A program made the translations under genes and the position numbers. From positions 3,502 through 67,501 of the forward strand of contig JBPOID010000003.1 of assembly GCA_052034805.1 (NCBI GenBank): a stretch of DNA of 64,000 bases, in the 5' to 3' direction. Within the stretch, counting starts at the first letter, position 1. Every line of letters starts with the position of its first letter. The notes under the pieces were generated by a model. That model saw only the letters and a program-made list of their open reading frames with translations, ran no database searches and was not told the origin of the DNA. This document shows positions 1 to 10,154 of the stretch, piece by piece. Source of the stretch: Candidatus Tayloriibacteriota bacterium (GTDB lineage Bacteria > Patescibacteriota > Minisyncoccia > Phycocordibacterales > PALSA-1337).

Positions 1-2
1 TA

Positions 3-230
3 TTCTTAACACCAGTTATATATCCATCTAGTATTGCTGGTAAATATTCATGGATAATGGCTATAAATCCAATGACAGGTGTAATACAGAATGCACGTGC
101 CGCACTTATAGGAACAACACCTATTAATTGGATATTAATACTCATATCATTCATAGCATGTCTAATATTGATGCTGATAGGTATATATGTATTTAAAAAG
201 ATTGAAAGGTTCTTTGCAGATATAATATAA
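3..230 (+). CDS. wzm: ABC-2 type polysaccharide exporter permease (Wzm-like), C-terminal fragment; 5' end lies outside the window
   Basis: Frame-3 translation ...FLTPVIYPSSIAGKYSWIMAINPMTGVIQNARAALIGTTPINWILILISFIACLILMLIGIYVFKKIERFFADII* is the typical hydrophobic C-terminus of ABC-2 permeases. It lies immediately upstream of the Wzt-like ATPase, in classic wzm-wzt order. Confidence 0.7.
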   Translation, partial: FLTPVIYPSSIAGKYSWIMAINPMTGVIQNARAALIGTTPINWILILISFIACLILMLIGIYVFKKIERFFADII

Positions 231-234
231 AAAA

Positions 235-1497
235 ATGGAAAAAGAAACAGTTATAGAAATAAAGAATATAGGTAAAAAATATAGGATTAATCATGAATCT
301 GGTAGATATATTACTTTAAGAGATATTATTACAAACATAATAATTAGTCCTTTACAATTCCTAAAAAAGAAAACAAAACAAATAGTTGGGTTTGAAAAGA
401 AAGAAGAATTCTGGGCACTTAAAGATGTAAGTTTTAATGTAAAAAGAGGAGAAGTTATTGGGATCATAGGTAGAAATGGCGCTGGTAAATCTACCCTTCT
501 TAAAATACTTTCACAAATTACCCCACCAACTATAGGTGAAATAAAAATAGATGGAAAAGTTAGTAGTTTACTAGAAGTCGGAACAGGTTTTCATCCAGAA
601 CTTACTGGACGTGAAAATGTCTTTCTAAATGGCGCAATATTAGGAATGACAAAAAAAGAAATGGTAAGAAAATTCAATAAAATAGTAGAATTTGCTGGCG
701 TAGAGAAATTCATAGATACTCCAGTAAAATACTATTCTAGCGGTATGTATGTAAGACTAGCTTTCTCTGTAGCAGCACATATGGATCCAGATATACTTAT
801 AATAGATGAGGTCTTGGCTGTTGGAGATGCTGAATTCCAAAAAAGATGTTTAGAGAAAATGGAAGATATAACAAAAAGAGAGAAAAGGACTATATTATTT
901 GTAAGTCATAATCTAGCTACGGTACAAAAACTATGTAGTAGAGTTGTTCTACTTGAAAATGGTAAAGTAAAAAATATAGGTAATACCAGTAGCATGATAG
1001 ATTATTATTTAAATAATAGAAATGATGAAAAGATAACAAAAACCAATAGTAGTTCATCAAATAGTATTAAACTTACAGGTATTAAAATCTTTAATTCTGA
1101 AGATTCAACAAGAATTAAAAGTGGTGATAAATTAAAAATAATACTTTCTTACAGTAGTAATATTAAAACAGACATAGAGAATGTAAGAGTATACATAACT
1201 GTAATAAGTGCCCTATCAGGTAAAAATGTATTAAGACTAGATAGTTATGTAACATCAAAATCACTTGGTAATAAAATAACTCCTAATGGTGAAATAATCT
1301 GCGAGACAGATAATGCAAATCTTATAGATGGAGAATACTTAATCAATACAGATTTATGTGTTAATAATATAAATGTAGATCATATAGAAAAAGCTACAGG
1401 ATTTAATATTGAACCTAATAAAGAGAGGTTTGATTATAAAGAAGATCCAGACAAGAATGCATGCGATAATATGATAAAATTTAGCTTCAGACAATAG
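235..1497 (+). CDS. wzt: Polysaccharide/O-antigen ABC exporter ATP-binding protein (Wzt-like) with C-terminal carbohydrate-binding extension
   Basis: Walker A GRNGAGKSTLLKIL, signature YSSGMYVRLAF, Walker B ILIIDEVLAVGD, H-loop SHN. About 170 aa of non-ABC C-terminal domain, as in Wzt proteins that recognise a modified glycan terminus. Confidence 0.9.
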   Translation: MEKETVIEIKNIGKKYRINHESGRYITLRDIITNIIISPLQFLKKKTKQIVGFEKKEEFWALKDVSFNVKRGEVIGIIGRNGAGKSTLLKILSQITPPTIGEIKIDGKVSSLLEVGTGFHPELTGRENVFLNGAILGMTKKEMVRKFNKIVEFAGVEKFIDTPVKYYSSGMYVRLAFSVAAHMDPDILIIDEVLAVGDAEFQKRCLEKMEDITKREKRTILFVSHNLATVQKLCSRVVLLENGKVKNIGNTSSMIDYYLNNRNDEKITKTNSSSSNSIKLTGIKIFNSEDSTRIKSGDKLKIILSYSSNIKTDIENVRVYITVISALSGKNVLRLDSYVTSKSLGNKITPNGEIICETDNANLIDGEYLINTDLCVNNINVDHIEKATGFNIEPNKERFDYKEDPDKNACDNMIKFSFRQ

Positions 1498-1501
1498 AAA
1501 A

Positions 1502-4500
1502 ATGCATAAAAATGAAAATAAATTAATAAGCGTATGCATACCAACATATGAAATGTATGGTCATGGTCATATTTTCCTAGAACATAGTTTACAAATCTTA
1601 TCTAAACAAACATTCAAAAAATTTAATGTAATTATATCCGATTATTCAAAAGATAATCTTATAGAAAATGTCTGTAAAAAATATACTAATATATTAGATA
1701 TAAAATATATTAAGAATAATAATCCCGTAATCGGCATGTCATTGAATATAAATAATTCAATCTTTAATGCTGATGGTGATTTAATAAAAATATTATTTCT
1801 AGACGATTTTCTATATGATGATAAATCCCTAGAGAAAATAGCTAATAATTTCAATTTAAAAAAAGATAAGTGGATGGTAACAGCTTGTATACATTCAAAT
1901 GATGGTAAGACTTTTGAAAATATTCATTACCCACAAAATAATAAAAATATTCACCTAGGTAAAAATACCATAGGCTCACCTTCTGTATTGACCATCAGAA
2001 AAGACTGTTTGATAGATTTTGATACTAATTTAAAATGGTTTGTAGATTGTGACTATTATAAAAGATGTTATGAGAAATATGGTAATCCGAAAATATTAAA
2101 TGATATTACAGTAGTTATAAGAACTGGTGAACATCAAATAACAAACACTGAAGTAAATAATGAATTAAAAATAAAAGAATCAAATTATTTGAGAGAAAAA
2201 TATAATATTAAAAATAAAAGACTAAATTTAAACAATGTTACATTGGTTGCAGTATCAGGGATAAATCCAAAAAATGCAGTAAAAGCATTAGAAATATCAA
2301 TGGAAAATATCGATTATCATGAGATTTTACTTATTTCACACTATTCACCAGAAAATCTAGACAAAAGAATAACTTTCAAAAAATGTAAGGATACAGAATT
2401 AATGAATCGAGATCCAAAAAACACTAATGATTATAGTAAATTCATAGCTTATGATTTATATAAATATATAAATAGTGATTATGTACTTATAGTACATAAC
2501 GATGCTTATGTATTAAGACCACATAAATGGGATAATAGATTTTATGATTATGATTATATAGGTGCACCATGGCCTCCAAATATACATTATACAAATGAAG
2601 GGGAAAATATAAGAGTTGGTAATGGTGGATTTTCATTTCGAAGTAAAAAGATGTTAAATGCTCTTAATGAATTGAAATTACCTTTTACAGACAACGGTAC
2701 CGGATATTATAATGAAGATGGAATCATATGTGTATATTATAGAAAAAAGTTAGAAGAATACGGGATTAAATATGCTCCAGTATCAATAGCATCAATTTTT
2801 AGCCATGAATTAGATTGTAATGATTCAGAATCTAAACCATTTGGATTTCATAATAACAAAAAAGTTATACCATTTTTATTCTTACTTGTATTTAATATAA
2901 ATAAATTCAGAAAAAACAAAAAAATGATGATCAAAAATTATATAAAGAAAATCAAGATAATAGTTTGGCCCATAGTAAAAACTCTTAGAGCAATAAAAAA
3001 GAAAAAAAGGGAAACTTTTAATAAAAAAAGTATATCTAGATTATTTCCAAACGGAATAAAGACGATGATTGAAATAGGTACAGCAAACGGTGATGATACT
3101 TTAGATTTTCTAAAATTATTTAATTCTAAAGACTTTAAAATATTCGGCTTTGAACCAGAACCTAAAAATATTGAAATAATAAAAAATAATATAGAAGATC
3201 CTCGTTTCAAATTATTTGAAGGAGTGGTTTCCGATATTGATGGTAAATTAACATTTAATAGATCTAGAAATGATGATCCAAACGGCTTGTCTCTCTCTGG
3301 TTCGATAATGAAGCCTAAAAATCATTTAAAACTATGGAGTTCTATATATTTTGACCAAACAATTGATGTAAAATCAATAACACTTGATACTTTTGTTAAA
3401 GAAAATAATATAGATGAAATAGACTTTATCTGGTGTGATGTACAAGGTGCAGAAGAAAAAGTGATTCTAGGCGGAAAAGAGACTTTTAAAAATAAAGTTA
3501 AATATCTTTATACTGAATATTCTAATGACGAACAATATGAAAATCAGCCAAATAAAAATAAAATACTTAAATTACTTCCTGATTTCGAAATCGTGAAAGA
3601 TTTCGGTACTGATATTCTATTAAGAAATAAAAATATGATTTCTAATCGTTTTGAGAAATATCCAAAACTAACCCTAATAACATCCATATTAATAGTATTC
3701 ATTATATTAGATCTTATAATTGGAAGTATGTTCTTACCTAAAGGAATAAGATCTGATAATCGAGTAGAAAGTCCTTATTTTAATCATACACTTAATGCTA
3801 ATTATAATGGTAAAGATTCATGGACAGCCGGTGAATACCCTTTAATAACAAACAGTTTAGGTTTCAAAGATAGAATTGTAAGAAATATAAATTCAACAAC
3901 AACGAAAGAACGTATAATTTTTATTGGTGATTCTTTTACCGAAGGTATAGGAATACCTTATGAGGAAACATTTGTAGGCTTAATCGATAAAGAATTAGAT
4001 TCAAAAAAATATGAGGTGCTTAATGCTGGAGTAGTATCTTATTCACCCTATATATATTATTTAAAAACAAAATATCTTATAGAACATGGACTAAAATTTA
4101 ATGAATTGGTGGTATTTAATGATATATCTGATGTGCAAGATGAAATAACATATCAAGATTGGAAACCTTCTAATCCAAATCAAATCCAATTAATATGGAA
4201 TAGTATTATAAAGAATACAGATTTCTTCTTAGAACATCATTCATTAATATATTTACACGGCATTAGACCTATTATATTTGGCGTGCAGACAAAAAGAATT
4301 AAAAAAATTTTCCTAGGAGCAAAATCTGATACAGATAAGATAACAGAGAAAGATAAAGAATATCTTAACAATAGAGGACGATGGACATTTGATGATAAGG
4401 TTTATGAAGAATGGGGTAAAAAAGGATTAGATCTTGAGATCAAACACATGAATGAATTATATGAATTATGTAAAAAAAATAATATAAAATTATCAATAGC

Positions 4501-4756
4501 GGTTTATCCTTGGCCAGATCAAATCATAAATAATGATTTATATTCAAGACAGGTTACAGTTTGGGAGAAATTCGCCAAGAATCATAAAATTGATTTCTAT
4601 AACTTATTCCCTATCTTTATTGATAATGGTTTAGAGAAAAGCAAAACTGTAGAAAATTATTTCTTACCACACAATGATGTCCATTGGAATAGTTTCGGAC
4701 ATAGAATAGTTGCAAATGAATGGTTAAGACAATATATTATAAATAATAATAAATAA
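1502..4756 (+). CDS. 1084-aa multidomain glycan-modifying protein: N-terminal GT2-like domain, central GT/DUF domain (GNGGFSFRS motif), FkbM-family SAM methyltransferase domain, one TM helix, C-terminal SGNH/GDSL hydrolase-like domain
   Basis: N-terminus VCIPTYEM...DDF resembles GT2. Residues about 520-690 (MIEIGTANGDDTLDF...FGFEPEPKNIEII...ITLDTF...IDFIWCDVQGAE) match the FkbM methyltransferase family. Hydrophobic helix LTLITSILIVFIILDLIIGSMF. C-terminal IIFIGDSFTEGIG (GDS block) and DVHWNSFGH (DxxH block) match SGNH hydrolases. Confidence 0.65.
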   Translation: MHKNENKLISVCIPTYEMYGHGHIFLEHSLQILSKQTFKKFNVIISDYSKDNLIENVCKKYTNILDIKYIKNNNPVIGMSLNINNSIFNADGDLIKILFLDDFLYDDKSLEKIANNFNLKKDKWMVTACIHSNDGKTFENIHYPQNNKNIHLGKNTIGSPSVLTIRKDCLIDFDTNLKWFVDCDYYKRCYEKYGNPKILNDITVVIRTGEHQITNTEVNNELKIKESNYLREKYNIKNKRLNLNNVTLVAVSGINPKNAVKALEISMENIDYHEILLISHYSPENLDKRITFKKCKDTELMNRDPKNTNDYSKFIAYDLYKYINSDYVLIVHNDAYVLRPHKWDNRFYDYDYIGAPWPPNIHYTNEGENIRVGNGGFSFRSKKMLNALNELKLPFTDNGTGYYNEDGIICVYYRKKLEEYGIKYAPVSIASIFSHELDCNDSESKPFGFHNNKKVIPFLFLLVFNINKFRKNKKMMIKNYIKKIKIIVWPIVKTLRAIKKKKRETFNKKSISRLFPNGIKTMIEIGTANGDDTLDFLKLFNSKDFKIFGFEPEPKNIEIIKNNIEDPRFKLFEGVVSDIDGKLTFNRSRNDDPNGLSLSGSIMKPKNHLKLWSSIYFDQTIDVKSITLDTFVKENNIDEIDFIWCDVQGAEEKVILGGKETFKNKVKYLYTEYSNDEQYENQPNKNKILKLLPDFEIVKDFGTDILLRNKNMISNRFEKYPKLTLITSILIVFIILDLIIGSMFLPKGIRSDNRVESPYFNHTLNANYNGKDSWTAGEYPLITNSLGFKDRIVRNINSTTTKERIIFIGDSFTEGIGIPYEETFVGLIDKELDSKKYEVLNAGVVSYSPYIYYLKTKYLIEHGLKFNELVVFNDISDVQDEITYQDWKPSNPNQIQLIWNSIIKNTDFFLEHHSLIYLHGIRPIIFGVQTKRIKKIFLGAKSDTDKITEKDKEYLNNRGRWTFDDKVYEEWGKKGLDLEIKHMNELYELCKKNNIKLSIAVYPWPDQIINNDLYSRQVTVWEKFAKNHKIDFYNLFPIFIDNGLEKSKTVENYFLPHNDVHWNSFGHRIVANEWLRQYIINNNK

Positions 4757-4757
4757 A

Positions 4758-6581
4758 ATGAATATTCTCGGAATATCAGCTTATTATCACGATAGTGCAG
4801 CCTGTTTAATACAGAATGGTAAAATAGTAGCAGCTGCTCAAGAAGAACGTTTTACTAGAAAAAAACATGATGATAAATTTCCTAAAAATGCTGTTAATTA
4901 TTGTCTTGAGCAAGGTAAAATACATATATCTGATATAGATTATGTTGTCTTTTACGAAAAGCCCTTCTTAAAATTTGAAAGAATATTAGAAACATATTTA
5001 TCTGTGGCACCATTTGGTATTTCTTCTTTCATAAAAGCTATACCAACATGGTTGAAAAATAAATTATGGCTTAGATTAAATATAGCAAACGAATTAAATT
5101 ATAAAGGAAAAATACTCTTTACAGAACATCACGAATCACATGCCGGATCTGCATTTTTCCCTTCACCATTTGAAAGAGCGGCTTTCTTAACTCTTGATGG
5201 TGTAGGAGAACATACAACAACAAGTTATGGAGTAGGAGAAAAAAATAAAATAAAAATATTATCTGAATTAAGTTTTCCACATTCATTAGGAATGCTTTAT
5301 TCAGCTTTTACTTATTATACTGGTTTTAAAGTTAATTCTGGTGAATATAAAATTATGGGATTGGCACCATATGGTGAATCAAAATATGTAGATATTATCT
5401 TAGAAAATCTGATTGATTTAAAAGAAGATGGTTCTTTCCATTTAAATATGGATTATTTCAATTTTACCAAAGGTTTAACAATGACAAATAATAAATTTTC
5501 AAAATTATTTGGTGGAGATCCTAGAAAACCAGAATCCCCTCTTACTCAAAAAGAAATGGATATAGCCAAATCAATTCAAGATGTCACAGATATTATTTTA
5601 ATAAAAATAGCAAAACATATAAAAAAAGTTACCGGAGAAACAAATCTAGTACTTGCCGGTGGTGTAGCTTTGAATTGTGTTAGTAATGGTAAACTCTTAC
5701 GTTCTAATATATTCAAAAATATATGGGTGCAACCAGCATCAGGTGACGCTGGTGGAGCTTTAGGATCAGCTCTATTTGTATGGTATCAATATTTAAATAA
5801 TAAAAGAGATGTAGATGAAATAAATGATTCAATGAATGGTTCTTATTTAGGACCAGAATATTCTAATTCAGAAATTAAAAAATATTTAGAGACCAATTCT
5901 ATTCCTCACAGAGAACTTTCAGATGAAGATATTCCAGAAATAATATCTGATTTGATAAATAAACAAGGAGTAATCGGCTGGTTTCAAGGACGTATGGAAT
6001 TCGGACCAAGAGCTTTAGGTGCTCGTTCAATAATAGGTGATGCTAGATCTCCGAAGATGCAAGACACTATGAATCTAAAAATAAAATTTCGAGAAAGCTT
6101 TAGACCTTTTGCACCCTCAGTATTGAGAGAGAAAGTATCTGATTATTTCGAAATAGAAAAAAACTATAATAGTCCTTATATGCTTATTGTGGCTAATATT
6201 AGAAAAGAGCACCGTAAAAAAACAGTAGAAAATAAAAATAGACTTTTTGGTATTGATCTTCTGAATGTTGTACGTTCTGATATACCAGCAATAACACATG
6301 TAGATTATTCAGCTAGACTACAAACAGTGGACGATTCAACAAATCCTCTTTATTATAGAATGATATCAGCTTTCAATAGAAAATATAATTGTCCAGTTAT
6401 AATAAATACATCTTTTAACGTACGAGGTGAACCCATAGTGTGTACACCGAAAGATGCTTATATGTGTTTTATGAGAACAAATATAGATTATCTTATAATG
6501 GGCAATTATCTTGTAGATAAAAGTAAACAAGAAAAGATTGATAATGATTCCGATTGGAAAAGAGAATTTGTATTAGATTAA
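4758..6581 (+). CDS. Carbamoyltransferase, NodU/CmcH/SxtI family
   Basis: N-terminus MNILGISAYYHDSAACLIQNGKIVAAAQEERFTRKKHDDKFP and the overall 607-aa length are typical of YrdC/Kae1-like O-carbamoyltransferases. Confidence 0.88.
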   Translation: MNILGISAYYHDSAACLIQNGKIVAAAQEERFTRKKHDDKFPKNAVNYCLEQGKIHISDIDYVVFYEKPFLKFERILETYLSVAPFGISSFIKAIPTWLKNKLWLRLNIANELNYKGKILFTEHHESHAGSAFFPSPFERAAFLTLDGVGEHTTTSYGVGEKNKIKILSELSFPHSLGMLYSAFTYYTGFKVNSGEYKIMGLAPYGESKYVDIILENLIDLKEDGSFHLNMDYFNFTKGLTMTNNKFSKLFGGDPRKPESPLTQKEMDIAKSIQDVTDIILIKIAKHIKKVTGETNLVLAGGVALNCVSNGKLLRSNIFKNIWVQPASGDAGGALGSALFVWYQYLNNKRDVDEINDSMNGSYLGPEYSNSEIKKYLETNSIPHRELSDEDIPEIISDLINKQGVIGWFQGRMEFGPRALGARSIIGDARSPKMQDTMNLKIKFRESFRPFAPSVLREKVSDYFEIEKNYNSPYMLIVANIRKEHRKKTVENKNRLFGIDLLNVVRSDIPAITHVDYSARLQTVDDSTNPLYYRMISAFNRKYNCPVIINTSFNVRGEPIVCTPKDAYMCFMRTNIDYLIMGNYLVDKSKQEKIDNDSDWKREFVLD

Positions 6582-6591
6582 TAAAATAATT

Positions 6592-7014
6592 ATGATCGAA
6601 GAATTCAAAAAAATACAAAGCAATAAAAAAGATTTGAGAAACTTTGGCTTGTTAATTGGATCTATTCTATTTTTATTTGGTGTATATATCTATTACAAGC
6701 ATAATGTAAATTATATTTATATAATATCTCTCGGTTTACTGCTTATAATATTTGGATTAATAGTACCTAAAATTCTTAAACCATTTCAGAAAATATGGAT
6801 GGGTACTGCAATAATATTAGGTTTTATTATTACACATGTGATTCTTATTTTATTCTTTTATCTATGTGTTACACCACTTTCGCTTATTGCAAAAATATTT
6901 AATAAAAAATTCTCTGATTTATCATTCAAAAATAAGAAAAATAAATCTAATACATATTGGGAATGTAGAAAAGACAATGAAGACAGTGAAAATCGACTAG
7001 AAAAACAGTTTTAG
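6592..7014 (+). CDS. SxtJ-like small membrane protein (partner of carbamoyltransferases)
   Basis: 140 aa with 3 predicted TM helices, directly downstream of the carbamoyltransferase, as in sxtI-sxtJ-sxtK-type arrangements. Confidence 0.5.
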   Translation: MIEEFKKIQSNKKDLRNFGLLIGSILFLFGVYIYYKHNVNYIYIISLGLLLIIFGLIVPKILKPFQKIWMGTAIILGFIITHVILILFFYLCVTPLSLIAKIFNKKFSDLSFKNKKNKSNTYWECRKDNEDSENRLEKQF

Positions 7015-7038
7015 TTAATATATAATAGCTGATAAATT

Positions 7039-7197
7039 ATGAATAAAATCAACATATTAAAAGAATTATATAGTTTCTTAAAAGCAAGAAAAAAGTGGTG
7101 GCTTATACCAATAGCCATATTCTTGATCATTCTTAGTGCTTTTATATTTCTCTCACATGGTTCTGTACTTGCACCTTTCGTCTATACCCTATTCTAA
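7039..7197 (+). CDS. SxtK-like / DUF5989-family small membrane protein; 52 aa, not in the supplied ORF track
   Basis: ATG at 7039, TAA at 7195. Translation MNKINILKELYSFLKARKKWWLIPIAIFLIILSAFIFLSHGSVLAPFVYTLF carries the characteristic RKKWWL(I/L)P ... APF(I/V)YTLF pattern of small proteins found next to SxtJ/carbamoyltransferase genes. Confidence 0.6.
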   Translation: MNKINILKELYSFLKARKKWWLIPIAIFLIILSAFIFLSHGSVLAPFVYTLF

Positions 7198-7208
7198 ATC
7201 TAAATCAT

Positions 7209-8249
7209 ATGATCTGTAATGAATTATATAATGGTCAAGGATTAGGAAATCAATTATGGAATTATGTTTTAACCAGAATTATAGCGGATAAAAAAAATAT
7301 AGAATATTCTATTCTGGGAAAAGAAAAATTTAAAGGAGAAGAATTTATTGATATTGATTTTGGCCAGACCTTATCTTGTGGTTTTTCCCCTGAGGGAGGA
7401 CCACCTCATAGATTGCCGAAAGGAATTAAGAATTATTATAGAGAACGCAGAGAAAATCTATTAGATACTAAGATAGATATATCTAGAACTGATTATAAAT
7501 TATTTGATTTACCATTAAATACAAAATTCGACGGTAATTGTCAATCAACAAAATATCTAGAGGGGTATCGAGATAAAATACTATCATGGATAAAAATAAA
7601 AGATAATTACAAAATACAAAAATTAGTAGAAAATAATTGTGTAATACACATACGTTGTGGTGATTTTAAATCAATTAGAGATGTATTTTTACCAAAAGAA
7701 TACTACAAAATGTCTATGGATTATATTAGAAATATAAATCCTGAGGTTAAATTCTATTGCGTAACAGATGAAAAAGAGGAAGCAGAGAAAATATTATCAG
7801 GAATTGAAGTAATAGGTTCTTCTATAGTTAATACTCATGATAATAAAAGAGCATCTCATCATAAAGGTGGAAATATTGCTATTGATTTTTCTATATTAAT
7901 GAATGCAAAATATCTAATAATACCTAATTCTAGTTTCTCTTGGTGGGCAGCATATTTAAATACAAAGAAAAAATTAGTAATAGCTCCAAAATATTGGGCG
8001 GCATATAATAAATCTGATGGTTATTGGTCTACCGAAGATATCATAACTAATGACTTCTTATATATGGACAGAGAAGGTAAAATATATACAGCAAAACAAT
8101 GTTCTGAAGAAAAAGAAGAATATGAATCAAAACATCAAGAAATATTCGTGGAGGGAGATTTGGATAAAAGGAAAATAGTAAGTAAATCAAAAATAATTAA
8201 AAAAAAGATTAAAGATTTTTACTATAATAAAATCAGAAAATATATATGA
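7209..8249 (+). CDS. GT11-family (alpha-1,2-fucosyltransferase-like) glycosyltransferase
   Basis: N-terminal GQGLGNQLWNY, central HIRCGDF (HxRRGD-type motif) and C-terminal SSFSWWAAYLN match the three GT11 motifs. Confidence 0.65.
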   Translation: MICNELYNGQGLGNQLWNYVLTRIIADKKNIEYSILGKEKFKGEEFIDIDFGQTLSCGFSPEGGPPHRLPKGIKNYYRERRENLLDTKIDISRTDYKLFDLPLNTKFDGNCQSTKYLEGYRDKILSWIKIKDNYKIQKLVENNCVIHIRCGDFKSIRDVFLPKEYYKMSMDYIRNINPEVKFYCVTDEKEEAEKILSGIEVIGSSIVNTHDNKRASHHKGGNIAIDFSILMNAKYLIIPNSSFSWWAAYLNTKKKLVIAPKYWAAYNKSDGYWSTEDIITNDFLYMDREGKIYTAKQCSEEKEEYESKHQEIFVEGDLDKRKIVSKSKIIKKKIKDFYYNKIRKYI

Positions 8250-9358
8250 AAGTAAAGATATTTACGATCGCAAATATAAGACCAGATTTTATAGAAATTC
8301 AATATGAATCGATTAAAAAGTTTCTAAAAGATAAAGACTTTGAATTTATTGTCTACAATAATTCATTTAACAATAAAAAAAGATATGAGTTAATTGAAAA
8401 TATATGTAGAAAATTGAAAATAGAAAATATAAAAGTAAATCATTATAGAGATAATAAAAATGATGCTAGTTTAATAGTAGCTGATAGTTTAAATTATATT
8501 TGGAATAAATATCTAAAATATGAAAAAGATATTTTATTGTATATCGATTCAGATATGTTCTTGATAAAAGATACATCAGTGGAAGAATTAATGAGAAATT
8601 ATGATTTCGCTTTTATATCGAACTATCGTGGCAAAGACTTTGAAATAAAGTATCCATGGACTGGTTTTATGATATTTAATATGAATACATTACCCAATCC
8701 AATAGAATTAAAATGGGATACAGGAATAATATTTGGGAATAGAGTTGATGTGGGTGGACTCAATCATTATTATCTATCAAAATATGAAAATAGGATAAGA
8801 ATATTAAATCTGGAGATGTGGACATTAAATGATATAGATTATCGTGATAATAATATTAAAAATATAAAAGGTAGTATAAATGGTAATGCTCAATTATCTT
8901 TATCTATTGATAAAGATAATAAATTGATTGAATTTAATATAAATGATATACATTTATCAAGAAATAGATTATTCCCTTATCAGAAAGAAAATGAAAAATA
9001 TGGAGAAATAGTGAAAAATAATTATATAGAATTCGAAAAATATATTAAAGATAATAATCTAAATTTCCCTAAGCCTATATATATAGATTTGATAAAGACT
9101 TATGAATCAAAATTTAATGATTGTTTTATATTACATTATAAATCAGGCAGTAATTGGTTAAACTTTTCAACAAAAGAATATAATCATAAAAAAACTGAGG
9201 CATTAGTTTATCTTATGAAAAAATTAGGTGTAAATATTACAAAAAACAATATTTATGATGATAATGATCTTTATACTGATGATAAAAAATATATTTATTC
9301 AAGTAAAATGAAATTATATAATTTATATAGAAGAATAATAAATAAAATAATAAAATGA
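8246..9358 (+). CDS. Hypothetical protein, possible GT-A-fold glycosyltransferase (DSD motif)
   Basis: Long ORF co-directional with and overlapping neighbours by 4 nt. Contains YIDSDMF, resembling a DxD motif. No confident family assignment. Confidence 0.4.
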   Translation: MKVKIFTIANIRPDFIEIQYESIKKFLKDKDFEFIVYNNSFNNKKRYELIENICRKLKIENIKVNHYRDNKNDASLIVADSLNYIWNKYLKYEKDILLYIDSDMFLIKDTSVEELMRNYDFAFISNYRGKDFEIKYPWTGFMIFNMNTLPNPIELKWDTGIIFGNRVDVGGLNHYYLSKYENRIRILNLEMWTLNDIDYRDNNIKNIKGSINGNAQLSLSIDKDNKLIEFNINDIHLSRNRLFPYQKENEKYGEIVKNNYIEFEKYIKDNNLNFPKPIYIDLIKTYESKFNDCFILHYKSGSNWLNFSTKEYNHKKTEALVYLMKKLGVNITKNNIYDDNDLYTDDKKYIYSSKMKLYNLYRRIINKIIK

Positions 9359-10152
9359 ATAAAACATACGATATATTTTCATTTTTCAATGAATTAGATA
9401 TGTTAGAAATAAGATTGAATATCTTAGATAAATTTGTAGATTATTTCGTAATAGTAGAAGCAACAGAAACATTTACAGGTCAATCAAAGCCTCTTTATTA
9501 TAAAGAAAACAAAGAGAGATTTTCTAAATGGAATCATAAAATAATACATTATATAGTAGATGATTATCCAAATGATAAAAATATATGCGAATTAGCAAAT
9601 AAAAGTCCTAATGTACCTAAAGATGGACCAATACATTGGCATAGAGAATTTTATCAAAAAGAAAGTATAAAAAAAGCACTTATAGGATTAAATGATGAGG
9701 ATGTATGTTTTGTAGGAGATGTAGATGAGATATGGAATTATAATAAAGATTATCACCTATTAGATAATGATATATTTAAATTGAGATTAGAAGTATATTC
9801 ATACTATTTCAACAATCATTCAAATGAAGAATTTGCTGGAACAATAGTTACAAAATATAAAAATATAAAAAATAATTGCTTAAATCATCTCAGAACTCAT
9901 AATTTAAAATATTTAGACAATGGTGGTTGGCATTTCACTAATATTGGTGGATTAGAACAAATAAAGAAAAAATTAAATGCTTCTTATACGGAAGATAGTT
10001 ATAATACAGAAGATGTAAGAAAAAATCTAGAAAAAAGATTGAATGAAAATAAGGATTATATGGGAAGAAAATTCAAATTCACAATAAGCGAAAAAAACCT
10101 ACCTGTGTATTTATTAGAAAATAAAGAAAAGTATAGTAAACTCTTTAAATAG
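9355..10152 (+). CDS. GT17-like (GnT-III-like) glycosyltransferase
   Basis: N-terminus DIFSFFNELDMLEIRLNIL...VIVEATETFTGQSKPLYY matches the conserved start of Glyco_transf_17 family proteins. Confidence 0.6.
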   Translation: MNKTYDIFSFFNELDMLEIRLNILDKFVDYFVIVEATETFTGQSKPLYYKENKERFSKWNHKIIHYIVDDYPNDKNICELANKSPNVPKDGPIHWHREFYQKESIKKALIGLNDEDVCFVGDVDEIWNYNKDYHLLDNDIFKLRLEVYSYYFNNHSNEEFAGTIVTKYKNIKNNCLNHLRTHNLKYLDNGGWHFTNIGGLEQIKKKLNASYTEDSYNTEDVRKNLEKRLNENKDYMGRKFKFTISEKNLPVYLLENKEKYSKLFK

Positions 10153-10154
10153 AT

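Noticed and set aside
1354-3210. Antisense ORFs 1354..1539, 1642..1854, 2938..3210 on the minus strand
   Set aside because: Embedded opposite the Wzt and multidomain GT/MTase genes; low-complexity I/F/L-rich translations typical of AT-rich antisense frames.
6117-6299. 60-aa antisense ORF inside the carbamoyltransferase gene
   Set aside because: Opposite-strand overlap with a confidently identified CDS; no motif.
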